This document shows, one piece after another, positions 1 through 13,591 of a stretch of 64,000 bases of DNA. Location: the NCBI GenBank assembly GCA_013239625.1, contig MU053645.1, positions 984,274-1,048,273 of the forward strand. Reading direction: 5' to 3'. The position numbers were made by a program, and so were the translations under genes. The stretch's first letter is position 1, and every line of letters begins with the position of its first letter. The notes beneath the pieces were generated by a model, which was given only the letters and a program-made list of their open reading frames with translations, was not told the DNA's origin and ran no database searches. This DNA comes from Lama guanicoe (lineage: Eukaryota).

Positions 1-520
1 TATGGATTTCAGGGGAAGAACATTCCAGGCAGAGAGAACAGTCAGTACAAAGGCCCTAAGATGGGCAGCATGATTGAAATATGAGAGAAGGAGATCAATC
101 AAAGTGATTCAAAGGTTTAAACATGAGAAATAGGAAAGATGGATTAGCCACTAACTGAGAAATGAAGATTGCCTGGAGCAGGATTTAGGAAAAAAAACTA
201 TCAGTTTAGTTTAGGACATATTAAATGTGAGCAATCTACTAGACATTCAAGTGAAAATGATGAGTAGGGAAGTCAGCTATCTAAGTCGAGTTTAGGGGAG
301 AAGTCTGGTCTGGATAGATTATGGAGTTATCAACATAAAGATATTTAAAGCCATGAAACTGGATGAGATCAATAAGGGAATCAGCAAAGAGAGAGAAAAG
401 AATGGGTCCAAGGACTGAACCCTGGGGCATTCCAATGTTAAGAAATTTGAGACAAGAAGAGGAACCAGCAAGATAAACTGAGATGAAAGAGCAAGTGAGA
501 TCAGAATCAGAATAAACAAA
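1..520 (-). mobile_element. Ancient LINE-2 fragment
   Basis: Typical antisense L2 wording (ggggaagaacattccaggcagagagaacag...aaggccct; tttaggacatattaaatgtgag; aaagccatgaaactggatgagatc). Recognised from memory of the consensus; boundaries approximate. Confidence 0.8.
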
Positions 521-951
521 CCCTAAAATACTAAACTGGTGTGCCCTTATTTAGTATTCACAATAAAATCTTGAGGCCTAAATTGTCCCAAAGGTCTTCT
601 ACTGAGTTGTTGTTTTTTTTTAAAATGCCACAAATCAGGGACAATATTTATACTACTTTACACTTCTAGTAGACCTTTTTGAAAGTATGCTGATGATAAA
701 TTGGAAATACCTTTACGTATTACTCTAACCTAGGTTATTTAAAAATATGTATAATCTGTACATGAACAAATATCCATATATAGCCAATTTTGAAGTGTAT
801 AATATAGCTAGTAATGATTTTAATGCTTAAAAAATCATAAAATGGTGAGCAGCTTTTTCAAGATAATTCCATCATTTACAAGATGTCCTTTATATTTAAG
901 AAGAGGTGATGGACATTTAAGTATTTACTGGCTGATGATTACCATTTGTTT

Positions 952-1319
952 TTTTCTCTTTTTTATATTTTTTATTGAGGTATAGCTGATTTACAATGTT
1001 GTGTTAATTTCTAGTGTAGGGCATAGTGACTCAGATATACAGACACATATATATAATCCTTTTCATATTCTTTTTGCATTATAGGCTATTACAAGGTACT
1101 GAATATAGTAGGACCTTGTTGTTTATCTATTTTATATATAGTAGTTAGTATCTGCAAATCCCAAACTCCCAATTTATCCCTCCCTATTCCCTTCCCACCC
1201 TGGTAACCATAAGCTTGTTTTCTATGTCTGTGAGCCTGTACCTGTTTTGTAAATAAGTTCATTTATACCCTTTTTTTTTTTTAGAGCCCACATATAAGTG
1301 ATATCACATGGTAGTTTTC
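952..1319 (-). mobile_element. Young, 5'-truncated lineage-specific L1 3' end with TSD
   Basis: Poly-T followed by attgaggtatagctgatttacaatgttgtg... (reverse complement of the L1 tail repeated across the window). Flanked by ttaccatttgttt (939-951) and ttaccatatgttt (1320-1332). Confidence 0.85.
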
Positions 1320-1332
1320 TTACCATATGTTT

Positions 1333-1860
1333 TAACAGCTTTATTAAGATATAATTCACATACCATACAATTTATTCATTTTAAGTGTGCAATTCTATGG
1401 TTTTTAGTATATTCACAGACATGTGCAACCATCACCACAGTCAATTTTACACATTTTCATCACAGCAAAGAGATACTATATGCCATTTAGCTGTCATTCC
1501 CCACCCTCCATCTCCCCAGCCCTAAGAACCACTGATCTACTTTTAGTCTATACAGATTTGCCTGTTCGAGACATTTCATATGCATAAAATCATATAACTT
1601 GTAGTCTTATGTGACTGCCTTCTATCGCTTGCTTAGCATGTTTTCAAAGTTCATCCAAGTTGTAGCATGTACCAGTACTTCATTTCCTTTTATAATCAAA
1701 TAATATTCCATTATATGCGTTTGCCTCATTTCTCTGTTCATTCATTTACTGATGAACATTTGACTTGTTTCCACCTTCTGGATATTTTGAGTAGCTCTGC
1801 GAGGAATTCATGTACACGATTTTGTTGGGAAACCTGTTTTCAATTCTTTTGTGTACATAC
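1333..1860 (-). mobile_element. Older L1M-type 3' end fragment
   Basis: acagctttattaagatataattcacataccatacaatttattcattttaagtgtgcaatt... is the typical antisense L1MB/MC 3' UTR. Confidence 0.8.
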
Positions 1861-2412
1861 CTTACCTTGGGTTTTAAAAACAAAAATATTTCTCCCCTTT
1901 AAAAAATGCAGGCATTATTTTTCACCTTTTTCTTGTAAGAAAAAAAGGTTGGGCAAAGAATCAGGGATGAAGATTAATACTTACTGAACAAAAATAGTGG
2001 CTTAAAATAAATTGAAATTTCTAGGTTTGAAAAAAAGTTCATATAGGCTTCCTAAAGGATTTCTCAAAGCTTTCAAAATGCTAATATACATTGTGATTAT
2101 CTGTGAGAAAAGAGTCAGTGTTTCCTTAAGTTATTTGTTTCTAAATGTTTCCCCTTTTTTCTGGAGTGTTTCACAGGACTAATATTACAATGGAACTCGT
2201 GTTGCAAAACACTGATGTAAAGTAATGACTAAGTTCATAATGGTTACTTATCAATTATTTTTGAAATAAGAAAATTCTATTTTTCCCATGTCACCATTTT
2301 CCTCTTTTCCTTGGTTATTTGTTAGAAAAGAATCAACATTCAGACCACCAGATTACACAAAGAAAGCAACAGCTCCCATGTTTCCAATTACTCGTCATGG
2401 CCAGACTTTTAC

Positions 2413-2503
2413 CTTGCCATTTAATCAACAGTGTGGATGCTATGCCTTTTTTTGTATACTCCAGTGAATTTAATATTAACACTTAATTAACCTGCTCACT
2501 AAA
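2413..2503 (-). pseudogene. Relic exon (91 nt)
   Basis: Minus strand: ccctttcttctttcttttttgtttcttgctctag|TTTAGTGAGCAG...TGGCAAG|gtaaaa. Translation FSEQVN*VLILNSLEYTKKGIASTLLIKWQ. Confidence 0.5.
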
Positions 2504-3438
2504 CTAGAGCAAGAAACAAAAAAGAAAGAAGAAAGGGTAATTCATTACATAAATTTAGTGTCGGAATCATTGCCATGAAGGCAAAGCCATTTTATCAGTG
2601 GTAATTTAACAAATCTATTGCATTCATTATTTTGAAGATATTTGCACATTGCATTACAGACGGAGGCAATGCAATTTTCTGTAGTCACACTGTTGACAGG
2701 TATCTTTGAAGAAAACTCTAGTTGCTATTAGAAGATTCCAAATTTTAATATTTTGTACTGATTATCAGGGAAGAATAAATAAAGTGATAATCAAATAATA
2801 GTGCCATACAGATATTGAGCAAGAATTCTAATAAAGCAATAATACCTCTGCCAACAATTGTTATCCATAATCATGAAATATTTTGATATTCAGAAGTGTA
2901 AATAAAAATCATAAGAGCAATTTCTAAATAAGTGCTTTCTGTCCAAAATAAATGTATTTATTTCCAATTCATTCAGATGATTGTTTATCTAAAGCAAATT
3001 GTAGTGTTTTCAATATTACTGGCTTATCGTTTAAACCTTTTCAAGCTTTCTGTTTAATCAAAACTTAAAGCCATGTATCCAAATATCACAAATCATAAAC
3101 TGCAAAATGTTCTGTCTGGTCAACCAAATGGAAAGCAAGCAGCTGAATAAATGAGAAGGCTATCTGCAATTTAGGATTTACTCTTACATACTTCATGCTT
3201 GCTAACTACATTCATTTAAACAAAGAGTAATTTCCAGCTACATGTGAAGATGCTAAAATCACTACTTTAGTAAGATAGAAATAGAATGGCCTATTTTTAT
3301 CCAAAAAAGCTTAAGCACCAATAATCAGCACAACCCCATCACAATGAAAAAAATCATGCGAATGGTAAGAAGAGAGCAACGTGTTCCAAAACCTGCACTG
3401 GGAATTCCCAGAAACACCCTGATGAGTACTGTAACTTT

Positions 3439-3860
3439 TTGTAGTGGAAAGAATGAACTCTTCATGAAAAATGCATGCCCCTCTTCGTTGTGTAGTGGCA
3501 GTGTTGAGAGGCAGGTGCCTAGGTAGGGACTACATTTCCCAGCCCCTTCTTGGTTCCAGGCGTGGCGATGTATCAAGTTTTTGCCAACAGAATGTGAACA
3601 GAAGCTATGGGTACCATGTGTAGGTAAGAGTTTTTAGTTCCCTCTTTCCCCATCTTCAGGCTGGATGCAAAAAGACTCTGAAAGCCCTATGGGAGAGTCA
3701 CAGCATGGAAGAAATCTGAGTTCGTGAAACATCATTTGGAGGAAAGGTACCCACTGACGTGCTCACACCTGCAATGTGAATTAAATGAATAAGAAGTCTG
3801 TTGCACTAAGTCACTGAAATTTTGAGTTTTATTATTACAGAAACTATTACTATCTTAATA
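3439..3860 (+). mobile_element. ERVL-type solo LTR (LTR16-like)
   Basis: gactacatttcccagccccttcttgg...ccaacagaatgtgaacagaag and the 3' end taagtcactgaaattttgagttttattattacag resemble LTR16-family wording. Confidence 0.65.
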
Positions 3861-4297
3861 AATACATTTTTACAATAGCATTTTTCCTCTCAGTTTAAGG
3901 TCTACACAGACTTCAGTCAAGACACAGAAGCAAACTCAGGAGATGAATGATTTAGTGCCCCTTCAAATTAAATTAATTTAATTATTTGTTCAACAGGGAT
4001 TGAAAGAGCAGTCTGAGTGCCGGAGCTGCGTGTGGAGATAGGAGAAGAACATGAAAGAAAGGAACCAGTTTCTACCTGCTGCTGCGAGCATACACTCCTA
4101 TCTACAATCTCATCTACCTTAACTACATATACTACTCGCCTACCAAAAAGTCCCCAGTAAAAGCAATTTTCCCATCTGTGTATAGTACCTGTGAAATGTT
4201 TTTGTATCTATGGATTGGCACCCAGGGCAGCTGCTTGGTTGATGGACCACTTAATCCAACTCCAAGTATGTCTTGACCCCTCTAGTTTGCTTTATAC

Positions 4298-4516
4298 TTG
4301 TGTTTCTCAAACATTTTTGACCTTGAGTCACAGTACAAAATACATTTTACATTGGACCCAGTACCCTCCTATGTGTGTTTCCTTAAAAAGTAACTGCCTT
4401 ACTATACATTATAGTCTCTGATATTTTCTTTTTTTCATTTTAAAGTCCTGGTTGCAACCCTACTAAATTGATTTCACACACACTAAAGGGTCATAACACA
4501 CAGTTTGAAAAACACT
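4298..4516. mobile_element. Non-autonomous hAT-type DNA transposon (MER-like)
   Basis: Terminal inverted repeats tgtgtttctcaaac ... gtttgaaaaacact around an ~220-bp body. Confidence 0.6.
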
Positions 4517-6797
4517 CTTCGATGGATACTTCTGAGTAGTATTTAGCTTTATTTTTTGATATGGGAAGGGAAATAAATTCAAACAGGGAATGGAATGGAG
4601 GAAGAAAGGTATGCTGAAATGGTTAAAGGTGGGAGGACACAAAGAAATAATGGCACTTGTGAAAAGAGAAGGAAAGAACACATACTATCAAAGGAATGAA
4701 CAACACACCATCAGCTATGCTCAATGCAGAATATATTTTCAATGGGCAAGTTTGGGTTCTGTTCATAGTGGAAACCACAGAGTGTGAGGAAGTCCAGCTG
4801 TGGAAGTAAAGAAACACACTGCCCAGGTAAGAGTAATGCCAGAGATTTCACGTCTGAATATACAAAGAGATGTTGAAAACACTTGAGAAAAAAGAGCCAG
4901 GGACACCCTAAATGAGAATTTTATGCTCTAACTATACTACATCTTTGCCCTGTCACAATAGTTACACACACATTCACAAAATTTCCAAGAACTGAGATCC
5001 TGTAAGATCATATTTAATTTCAGCTTTGGAAAGTGTCCAGTCCACTCTGGGCCTACCAAGACAGGAGAACAGAACAAATGAAACACGTTGGCTCTGCAAG
5101 TATGACACTCTCTTCAAGTGAAAATGATTGCTGAAGACTATATTTATGGATTAAAACAGATGATATGTTATGTTAATTTTCACATGCTTAGAAGGCAAGC
5201 CTTGGCTGGAATCATAAAGTCTCTCCAGAGGAACATTTATATATCACTCTATGAACCTTTCTTTCCGTTTTCTTTTTGCCATAAAACTTATGGTCTCTAG
5301 TCACACTGATCAAAAATATTATCAAATTTCACACACTTTATAACAAAATTTTCTTTTCTAATTAAGTTTATTTTTAGGGTATTTTTAGGTTTACAGCAAG
5401 ATTGAGGGGAAAGTACAGAGATTTCACGCATACCCCCTACTCCCACAACACGCAGCCTCCTCTGTTATCAACATTTCCCATTATTAGCCTCCCCATTATC
5501 AACAACCAAAGTGGCACATTTGTTACAATAGATAAGCCTACACTGAGAGATCATAATTACCCAAAGTCAAAAGTTTACATTACAGTTCACTCTTGGTTTG
5601 GACATTCTATGGGTTTGGACAAACATAATGACATGCACCCTTCTCTAAAGTATCATATAGAACATTTTCACTGCCCTTAAGAATGCTCTATGCTGTGCCT
5701 AGTCATCCATCTCAATTTCCCCAATCCCTGGAAATGACTGATTTTTTTTTACTGTCTCTTAAGTTTTTGCCTTTTCCAGAAATTTATATATAGTTGGAAT
5801 CATATAGTATGTATCCTTGTCAGATCGGCTTCTACATAGCAAATGGAAGTTTCCTTTATGTCTTTCCATGACTTGATAGCTCATTTCTTTTTAGTGGTGA
5901 ATAATACATCATTGTTCAAATGGATCACAGTTTATTCATCCATTAACCTTACACAGGGCATCTTGGTTGTTTCCAAGTTTTGGAAAATATGAACAAAGCT
6001 GCTATTAATATTTCTGCACAGGTTTTTATGTAGACATGTTTTCCACTCCTTTTAGCTAATACCAAGGAGTGCAACTGATGGATCATGGTAAGAGTATGCT
6101 TAGTTTGTAAGAAAATGCTAGACAATCATCTAAAGTGGCTGTATCATTTTGCATTCCTACCAGAAATGAGACTTTCTGTTTCCCCACATTCTTGTCAACT
6201 CTTAATGTTGTCACTGTTCTGGATTTTGGCCATTCTAATAAGTGTGTAGTGGTATCACACTCTTGTTTTAATTTGCATTTCCCTGGTAACATATGACGTG
6301 GAGCATCTTTTTGCAGGGTTATTAGCCAACTTATATCTTCTTTGGTAAAGTGTCTGTTAAGGTCTTTGGCCCATTTTTAAATTGGGTTGTTTGTATTCCT
6401 ATCATTGAGTTTTAAGAGTTCTTTTTATATTTAGGTTAACAGTCCTTTATCAGATGTGTCTTCTGCAAATATTTTTATCCTAGTATGTGGCTTGTCTTCT
6501 CATTCTCTTGACATCATCTTTTGCAGAGGAGAAGTTTCTAATTTTAATGATGTCCAGCTTATCAATTATTTCTTTCATGCATTGTGCCTTTGGAAAAGCC
6601 ATTACTATACACAAGGCCACCTAAGTTTTATCCTCGGTTACCTTCTAGTAGTTTAATAGTTCTTCATTTTACATTTAGATCAGTGATCTATTTTGAGTGA
6701 ATTTTTTGTAATGGGTATAAAATCTGTGCCTAACTTTTTTCTTGCATGTGGATATCCAGTTGTTTCAGCACCATTTGTGAAAAAAAGAGTGTCTTTG

Positions 6798-7661
6798 GAC
6801 ATCTACATGTAAATCAATGAAGTTAGAACACTCCCTCACACCATACACAAAAATAAATTCAAAATTGCTTAAAGACTTAAACATAAGACAAAACACTATA
6901 AACCTCCTAGAAGAAAACATAGACAAAACATTCTCTGACATAAATCTTAGCAATGTTCTCCTACGGGCAATCTACCAAGGCATTAGAAATAAAATCAAAA
7001 TCAAACAAATGGGACCTAATCAAACTTACAAGGATTTACAAAGCAAAGGAAACTATAAACAAAATGAAAAGCCAACCTACAGAATGGGAGAAAATATTTG
7101 CAAACAATGTGACTGACAAAGGCTTAATTTCCAGAATATACAAACAGCTCATACAATTCAATAACAAAACAAACAACCCAATCCAAAAATGGGCACAAGA
7201 CCTAAACAAACATTTCTCCAATGAAGACACACAAATGGTCAATAGGCACATGAAAAAATTGCTCAACATCGCTAATTAACAGAGAAATGCAAATCAAAAC
7301 TACAATGAGGTATCACCTCAAACCAGTCAGAATGGCCATCATTTAAAGTCCATAAACAATAGATCTGCAAAAGGTGTGGAGAAAAGGGAACCCTCCTACA
7401 CTGTAGGTGGGAATGTAGTTTGGTGCAGCTACTATGGAAAACAGTATGGAGTCCTTTAAAAACTAAAAATAGACTTACCATATGATCCAGCAATCCCACT
7501 CCTGGGCATATATCTGAAGGAAACTATTTGAAAAGATATATGCATCCCAATGTTCACAGAAGTACTATTTATAATAGCCAAAACATAGAAGCATTCACAA
7601 TGTCCATCAACAGATGACTGGATAAGGAAGTTATGGGGTATATGTGTATGTATGTATATGG

Positions 7662-7694
<33 letters not shown>

Positions 7695-8156
7695 TACTCA
7701 GCCATAAAAATAAGAATAAAATAATAAAAAAAAGTCTTTTACAGCAACATAGATGAACCTGGATATTGTCATTCTAAGTGAAGCAAGCCAGAAAAAAAAA
7801 ATACCATATTACTTATATGTGGAATCTTAAAAAAAATGACACAAATGAACTTATTTATAAAACAAAAACAGACTCACAAACATAGAAAACAAACTTATGG
7901 TTACCAGGGGGAAAGGGGGAGTGGAGGGATAAATTGAGAGTTCTGGATTTGCAGATACTACTATATATAAAGTAGATAAATAACAAGTTTATACTGTATA
8001 GCACAGGGAACTATATTCAATATCTTGTAGTAACTTATGGTTATAAAGAATATAAAAATGAATATATATGTATAAATGAATCACTATGCTGTACATCAGA
8101 AATTAACACATTATGAACTGACTATATTTCAACTTTAAAAATATATATTAAATTAA
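6798..8156 (+). mobile_element. Young 5'-truncated L1 (ORF2 C-terminus plus 3' UTR) with TSD
   Basis: Track peptides [34 protein letters not shown] and [11 protein letters not shown] are L1 ORF2 C-terminal motifs. The TSD agtgtctttg lies at 6788-6797 and 8157-8166. Confidence 0.92.
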
Positions 8157-8212
8157 AGTGTCTTTGCTCCATTGTACTGCCTTTGCTCCTTTATCAAACT
8201 TCAGTTGACTAT

Positions 8213-8546
8213 ATATATTTTTTTAATAATGAATGTGTTTTTAATTTCTCCCATAATTTAAAAAATGTGAATATCCTGTAACTCAGCCACAGCCTTTACT
8301 TCCAGGTGACTTCTTCATTGGGCATCAATTCCCTTTTAAATAAGAGATTCTTGTTCTGGAAGGCAGTGAGATTTTCTTCATTCTTTCTGTCTAGATACCA
8401 TCCAAAGACAACACCCACAGGGACAAGTATACATACCCAGTGGTCATGCACAACCTGGAGTAAGCTCAGCATGAATGCTGCGGCCTCGGAGCCAACAACG
8501 AGTCCACAAGCAAGGGCAGCGGCAAGCCCAGCCAGCAGCGCCGGCC
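8213..8546 (-). pseudogene. NDUFB1: Processed retrocopy of NADH:ubiquinone oxidoreductase subunit B1; ORF 8472..8296 intact (58 aa)
   Basis: The minus-strand ORF reads [58 protein letters not shown], clearly NDUFB1 (DHWVH...YLDRK...LTAFRNKS...EEVTWK). It is intronless, with a GC-rich 5' UTR (8473-8546), ATTAAA at 8245-8240, a short A tail (~8224-8218) and TSD tcagttgactat at 8201-8212 and 8547-8558. Confidence 0.95.
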
Positions 8547-10779
8547 TCAGTTGACTATGAGTCTGTGTCTGGGCTCTCTATCTTGTTCTACTGATCTAGT
8601 TATTCATTCTTTCATCAGTACTACACTGTCTTGATTACTGTAGCTTTATACCAAGTCTTGAAGTCAGACAGTGTCAGTCCTCCAACTCTGTCCTTCTCCT
8701 TCAAGACTGTATTGGTTATTCTGGATCTTTTGCCTCCCCATATAACTTTAGAATAACTTTGTCAATATTCATAAAATAACTTGCTGGCATTTTGATTGGG
8801 ATGGCACCGAATCTACAGGACAAGTTGGGAAGAACTGACACCACGACAATATTGTCTTCCTATCCACAAACATGGAGAATCTATTTATTCTTTGATTTCA
8901 TTCATCAGAGTTTTCTTCAAATAGCTCTGGTTCATATTTTGTCAGATTTATACCCAAGTATTTCATTTTGGGGGGTGCAAAGTTTCTAATTTCAAATTCT
9001 ACCTATTCATGCTGGTAGATAGAAAACAAACTGACTTCTGTATACTAACATTATACCCTGCAAGCTTATTATAATTTCTTATTAGTTCCAGTAGGATTTT
9101 TGTTGATTCTTTTGAATTTTATACATAAATGATAAAGTCATCTGCAAAGTTTTATTTCTTCCTTCGAAATCTGTATACCTTTTATGTTCTTTTATTGTCA
9201 TACTGCATTAGCTAGAACTCTCAGTGTCATATTGAAAAGGAATGTTGAGAGGATACATCCTTGCCTTGAAACCTGATCTTGGTGAGAAATCTTTGAATTT
9301 CTCATCATTAGTATAATGTTAACTATAGGGTTTTTTTTTATTGATATTCTTCATCAAGTTGAAGAAGTTCCCCTCTATTCTCAGTGTAATGAGAGCTATT
9401 ATCATAAATTTATTTTTGTTTAATATGTAACTACATTCAGAATATATAGGGCTATTAAAAATAACAAAGAAATGTCTAAAAATACAAAATAAAATGACAA
9501 AAGTTACACATAGGCAATTCATTGAGAGGGAACTATAACTGGCCATTAAACATATAAAAATGAATGTTCAAATTAATATGTGAGCAGTGTAATGGAAATT
9601 AAAACAACTAAAACTGCTGTTTTGCTTATGAAATAAATACAAATTTAAAATATAAAATAATGTTACTGACTGAGGGAATGGTAAAATTAAGAGTTGAGAG
9701 ACTGGTAGGAAGAGGAATATAAATTGTTACATTTCTAGAAAGCATCATCATTTATCAAAACTCTTAAAAATATGTATGCCTTTTGCCCTACTATCTCTGC
9801 TTCTGGGAATCACCTTTAGGGAAATGATCAGAAATTCAGGATAAGAGTCATACATATGTATGTTTGTTAGAGCATTAAACACAACAACAACAAATCATGA
9901 CTGACTTACATATACCCTAATTACAGAATAGCTGAATCATCTGAGCAACTACTAAAAATTATGTTTATGGAGATTCCAAATGCATGGATAAATTCTTTCA
10001 ATAAAATATGAGGTTAGAAAATACAGGATACAGAATTCCATATTTGGCTTGATAAAAAGAGGGCAATAAACATAGATGGAAATAAACACACAAAACATAC
10101 ACAGAAATAAACAGTGGTCATTTCTTGGTACAAAGGACACTGAATACAACTTCTTGTACTCATCTGCAAGGTCCTATCTACAGTAAGCATATGTACCTTA
10201 TATACCTTTTAAATAAAATAATCTTAAGTATTTTTATTATAAAATGAATATATGCTTGTTACCCAAAATTTGCAAAATTAGTTTAGAAATTTTACATTGC
10301 TCTACTTTCTGCAGCCCTGCCATGCCTCTATGTTGGCCTTGCACTCTGTATATCAATTTATATTTGGTTATTTTTTAAATAATATTTTTCTGATTACATA
10401 GGTAATACATGCCTAGTATATAAAATTTGGAAAATACAGAAATAATAAAAAAACTAAAAGTTATCTAGAATCCTACCACTGATGAGGATGATGGTGATGA
10501 TGATAGCAGCAATACTGTTAGTCACAGACTATTGAACATTTTACATAAGTTATCTCATTTAATTTTCACAGTAGTCCTATGAGGTAACTATCAATATTCC
10601 TGTTTCAGAGATGTGAAAATAGATTCAGAAGAATTATTTACCTCATCCAAATCCTCAAAACTGCTAACTGTAGAAATGACCTGGCTCCATGGCACAAGGT
10701 CTTAAGCAGTACACTATATTTTTTATGCTTTTATTTTTTTATTATTTATAGTCCTTCTGGGCTATTTATATTAGTATGC

Positions 10780-12950
10780 CAAATAATCTATGCGTTAAAG
10801 ATGACACCTTTAGAAATTGTGGCTCTCTTTTCTCTTTTCTCCAATTCTGCCTGAACTATGATGAGCCTACTCAAATCTTGTTTCAACTAAGTTTTTTTTT
10901 TTCCTTCACACACGTATCATTACTGTTTTAGTTGTTTTTTCTTTCTTCCTGATGAATACTTAAAATTATTTGGATGGATAGCTTTTCTTCAGGTTTATTA
11001 CCTTCTCCCTCAGGGGTCTCATCTTTGTCCTTTTCACTGCTTTTTGAGAATATTTTTCAAGTATGTATGACATTCTCAGTGATTTGATTGTCAACGTTGT
11101 CAATTCTGCTCTCTACACGCCTTCACTGACAATATAAATTTGTGGTTGAGTTTTAATCACTTGTAAACTTTTTAAAAAAATCTTATCTCCCATTTTAATA
11201 ATCTCATTCTATTTTCTTACCTTCATCTGTTCTTTGACTATGGCAGGGGTCTTAAACAGAGGCTCATATATAAACATCAGAGGCTATGAGAAACTCCAGA
11301 AATTAAATGGAAGAAATAGGAGTGTATTTATACATGTCATCTTGTATGTAAGTTAGAATAACAAAATATTTTCTAATATTTTCTTGACTCCTTTAAAACA
11401 CTCATTTTCAGAAGTGTGTTCTTTCTTTGAACATACATAATAATTTTGCCTTTAGCCTGTTTGTAATTTTTTCCATATGTTCCATATTGTTTTTCCTTTT
11501 ATTGCTTATTTTCAAAGGAGTTGCAATCTGCCTTGACCCTAAGTTTGCCTTTAGTTAGGTGAGAATAATTTTCTTTAGGCTGTGCTCAAACTGGGTGTTA
11601 TATAAATCCCTTCTTCAGATATACAGCTGGATGACAGTCTATTCTCCATGTCTAAACAGATTTTATCTAACATACTGCGTTTAAACTAAGATTGGACACA
11701 GAAATTCCACTCCTGGGCATTTATCCAAAGAAAATGAAAACACAAATTAGAAAAGATACATGCACCGTGATGTTCACTGCAGCATTATTTACAATAGTCA
11801 AGATATGGAAGAAATGTAAGTGCCCATCAGCACATAAATGGACATGAGAAGAAGTGAGTATATACATATATATGATCGAATACTACTCGGCCTTGAGAAA
11901 GAAAGAAATCCTTCCATTTGCAACAACACAGATAGATCTAAAGGGTATTATGCTAAGGGAATAAGTCAAAGAAAGACAAATACTGCATGTTTTCACTTAT
12001 ATATGAAATCTAAAACAATGCAAATGAACAAATATAACAAAACAGAAATAGACTCATCGATACAGAAAACAAACTACTGGTTGCCAGAAGGGAGGGGGTG
12101 AGGGATGGGTAAAACAGGTGAAGGGGTTTAAGAAGCACAAACTACTATTTATACGATAAATAAGTCACAGAGGTGTAATGTTTAGCACAGGGAATATGGT
12201 CAATAAGATTAAAATAACTTTGTATGGTGCATAACCTATAAAAATATTGAGTCGCCATATTGCACACCTAAAACTAATACAATAATGTTAAGTCAACTAT
12301 ACTTCAATTAAAACAAATCTCCCCTGCCATTGAGAAAAAGACTGGATCCTCTTCCAAGTGTCTGCCTTTCTGATAATCTCAGCTGATGGAATACATGAAA
12401 AGCTACAATCCTTGGAATACACTCCTACCAAGATTCTTGTTTTCCTTGCTCCTAACTGCAGCAGTTTGTTTGTGGGGACTGATCCTTGAGGATGTGATTC
12501 ACCACTGCTTCCTACTCAATCTCCCAAAGCCATGATCATCGTCTGCCTTCTTCTTTTGTTGTTTTCTGGTAGTTTCAGTTTCCGAGCATATACAGGAAGA
12601 ACAGCAATATTTTAGGGGATGACGGCCAGCCTTCTAGGCCTCTAAAATAGTACCTTCTATGCAGTAAGACAACTACCCTGTTTTGCTGGGTACAGAACCT
12701 GTGTTTTGGAACCAGTATTTAGACTCTATTGGAGCAAAGCAGTGTTTTCCTACCTAGCTTCAATGTACTGGCTTACCAAATTTCTATGAGCATAGTGTGA
12801 GTGGTTCCCTGATTGTTCTTTTCAATCCATTTATTTCTGATTTTTAGCTGATGGAAGTTTCTCCCTAGTTCTGGCAATAATTTGACTGTCAGTCCAAATT
12901 ATCAACATTATTGTGAGTTCTCATCATTTTCTGTCTTCATATGTACGTTA
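10780..12950 (-). mobile_element. Highly degenerate L1 5'/ORF1-type remnant
   Basis: T-rich antisense L1-like composition, interrupted by a younger L1 3' end. Subfamily not assignable. Confidence 0.45.
11695..12317 (+). mobile_element. L1 3' end fragment
   Basis: gaaattccactcctgggcatttatccaaagaaaatgaaaacac...aagtcaactatacttcaattaaaa is the L1 ORF2 end and 3' UTR. Confidence 0.88.
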
Positions 12951-13332
12951 GTGAAAATTCAAGAGTGGCTATGTTAAGGGACTGCCAACCAGATGCCATT
13001 TTTCCAAGTTACATTTCTAGGGCTATGCCAGAGGAAGAAGTTTCCAAGAACAGTCTGGCAGCAAATTCTAAATCCCTGCTAACATCAGTATGGTAGGAAG
13101 TATAAATTTACCAACACAAACTCTAGAATTAAAAATAAAGTCTTTGAATTCCTTTCAGATAATTTCAGACTCTCAGAAGTAAAAATAAATAATACCTAAA
13201 ATTAAAGTTAGCCATGATCAAAGTTCTCAAGTGGATAAAACCCATCCCTGAGTATTGTCCTATCTTTTCAGTGGGCTTCTCACATTTAATGCCACAAATT
13301 CCCCTATGACCCAGGGCTTTCATGCCTCTCAC

Positions 13333-13440
13333 TGTGGAAGTCCACGGGTCTGCCTTCCTTGGGCAGCAGCTCATATTCCTAAATCATCTTCCCTATCCTT
13401 TCCAGTCAAATATCCTGTTTCTTCAATGTGCCAATTTCTC
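13333..13440 (-). pseudogene. Relic exon (108 nt)
   Basis: ctgttaactgtctatttggcag|GAGAAATTGGCA...TTCCACA|gtgaga. Reads EKLAH*RNRIFD and, after a frameshift, LERIGKMI*EYELLPKE. Confidence 0.45.
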
Positions 13441-13591
13441 CTGCCAAATAGACAGTTAACAGATAGATCCTAGCAGTTCACTGGCAGGTTGTTTTTCAGG
13501 GGCAGGATATTGTAAGAGCGTAATTCCTTGATTCACACTTTCCCTTGCTACGTTGCTGTTTTCACTGTAATACACATTTATATATACTCAC

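Larger units (their letters stand above)
5360..9410 (-). mobile_element. Old L1 (3' UTR plus ORF2 remnant) hosting two nested insertions
   Basis: Antisense L1 sequence (ttttaatttgcatttccctggtaac..., gtcttgattactgtagctttata..., aagttgaagaagttcccctctattc) resumes colinearly after the inserts at 6798-8156 and 8213-8546. Confidence 0.85.

Noticed and set aside
6083..7695. Cluster of track ORFs on both strands
   Set aside because: They are broken L1 ORF2 pieces or their antisense shadows, not host genes. The same applies to ORFs at 19589-25860 and 32930-34675.
8306..8554. 82-aa plus-strand ORF
   Set aside because: It is the antisense shadow of the NDUFB1 retrocopy and has no ATG start.
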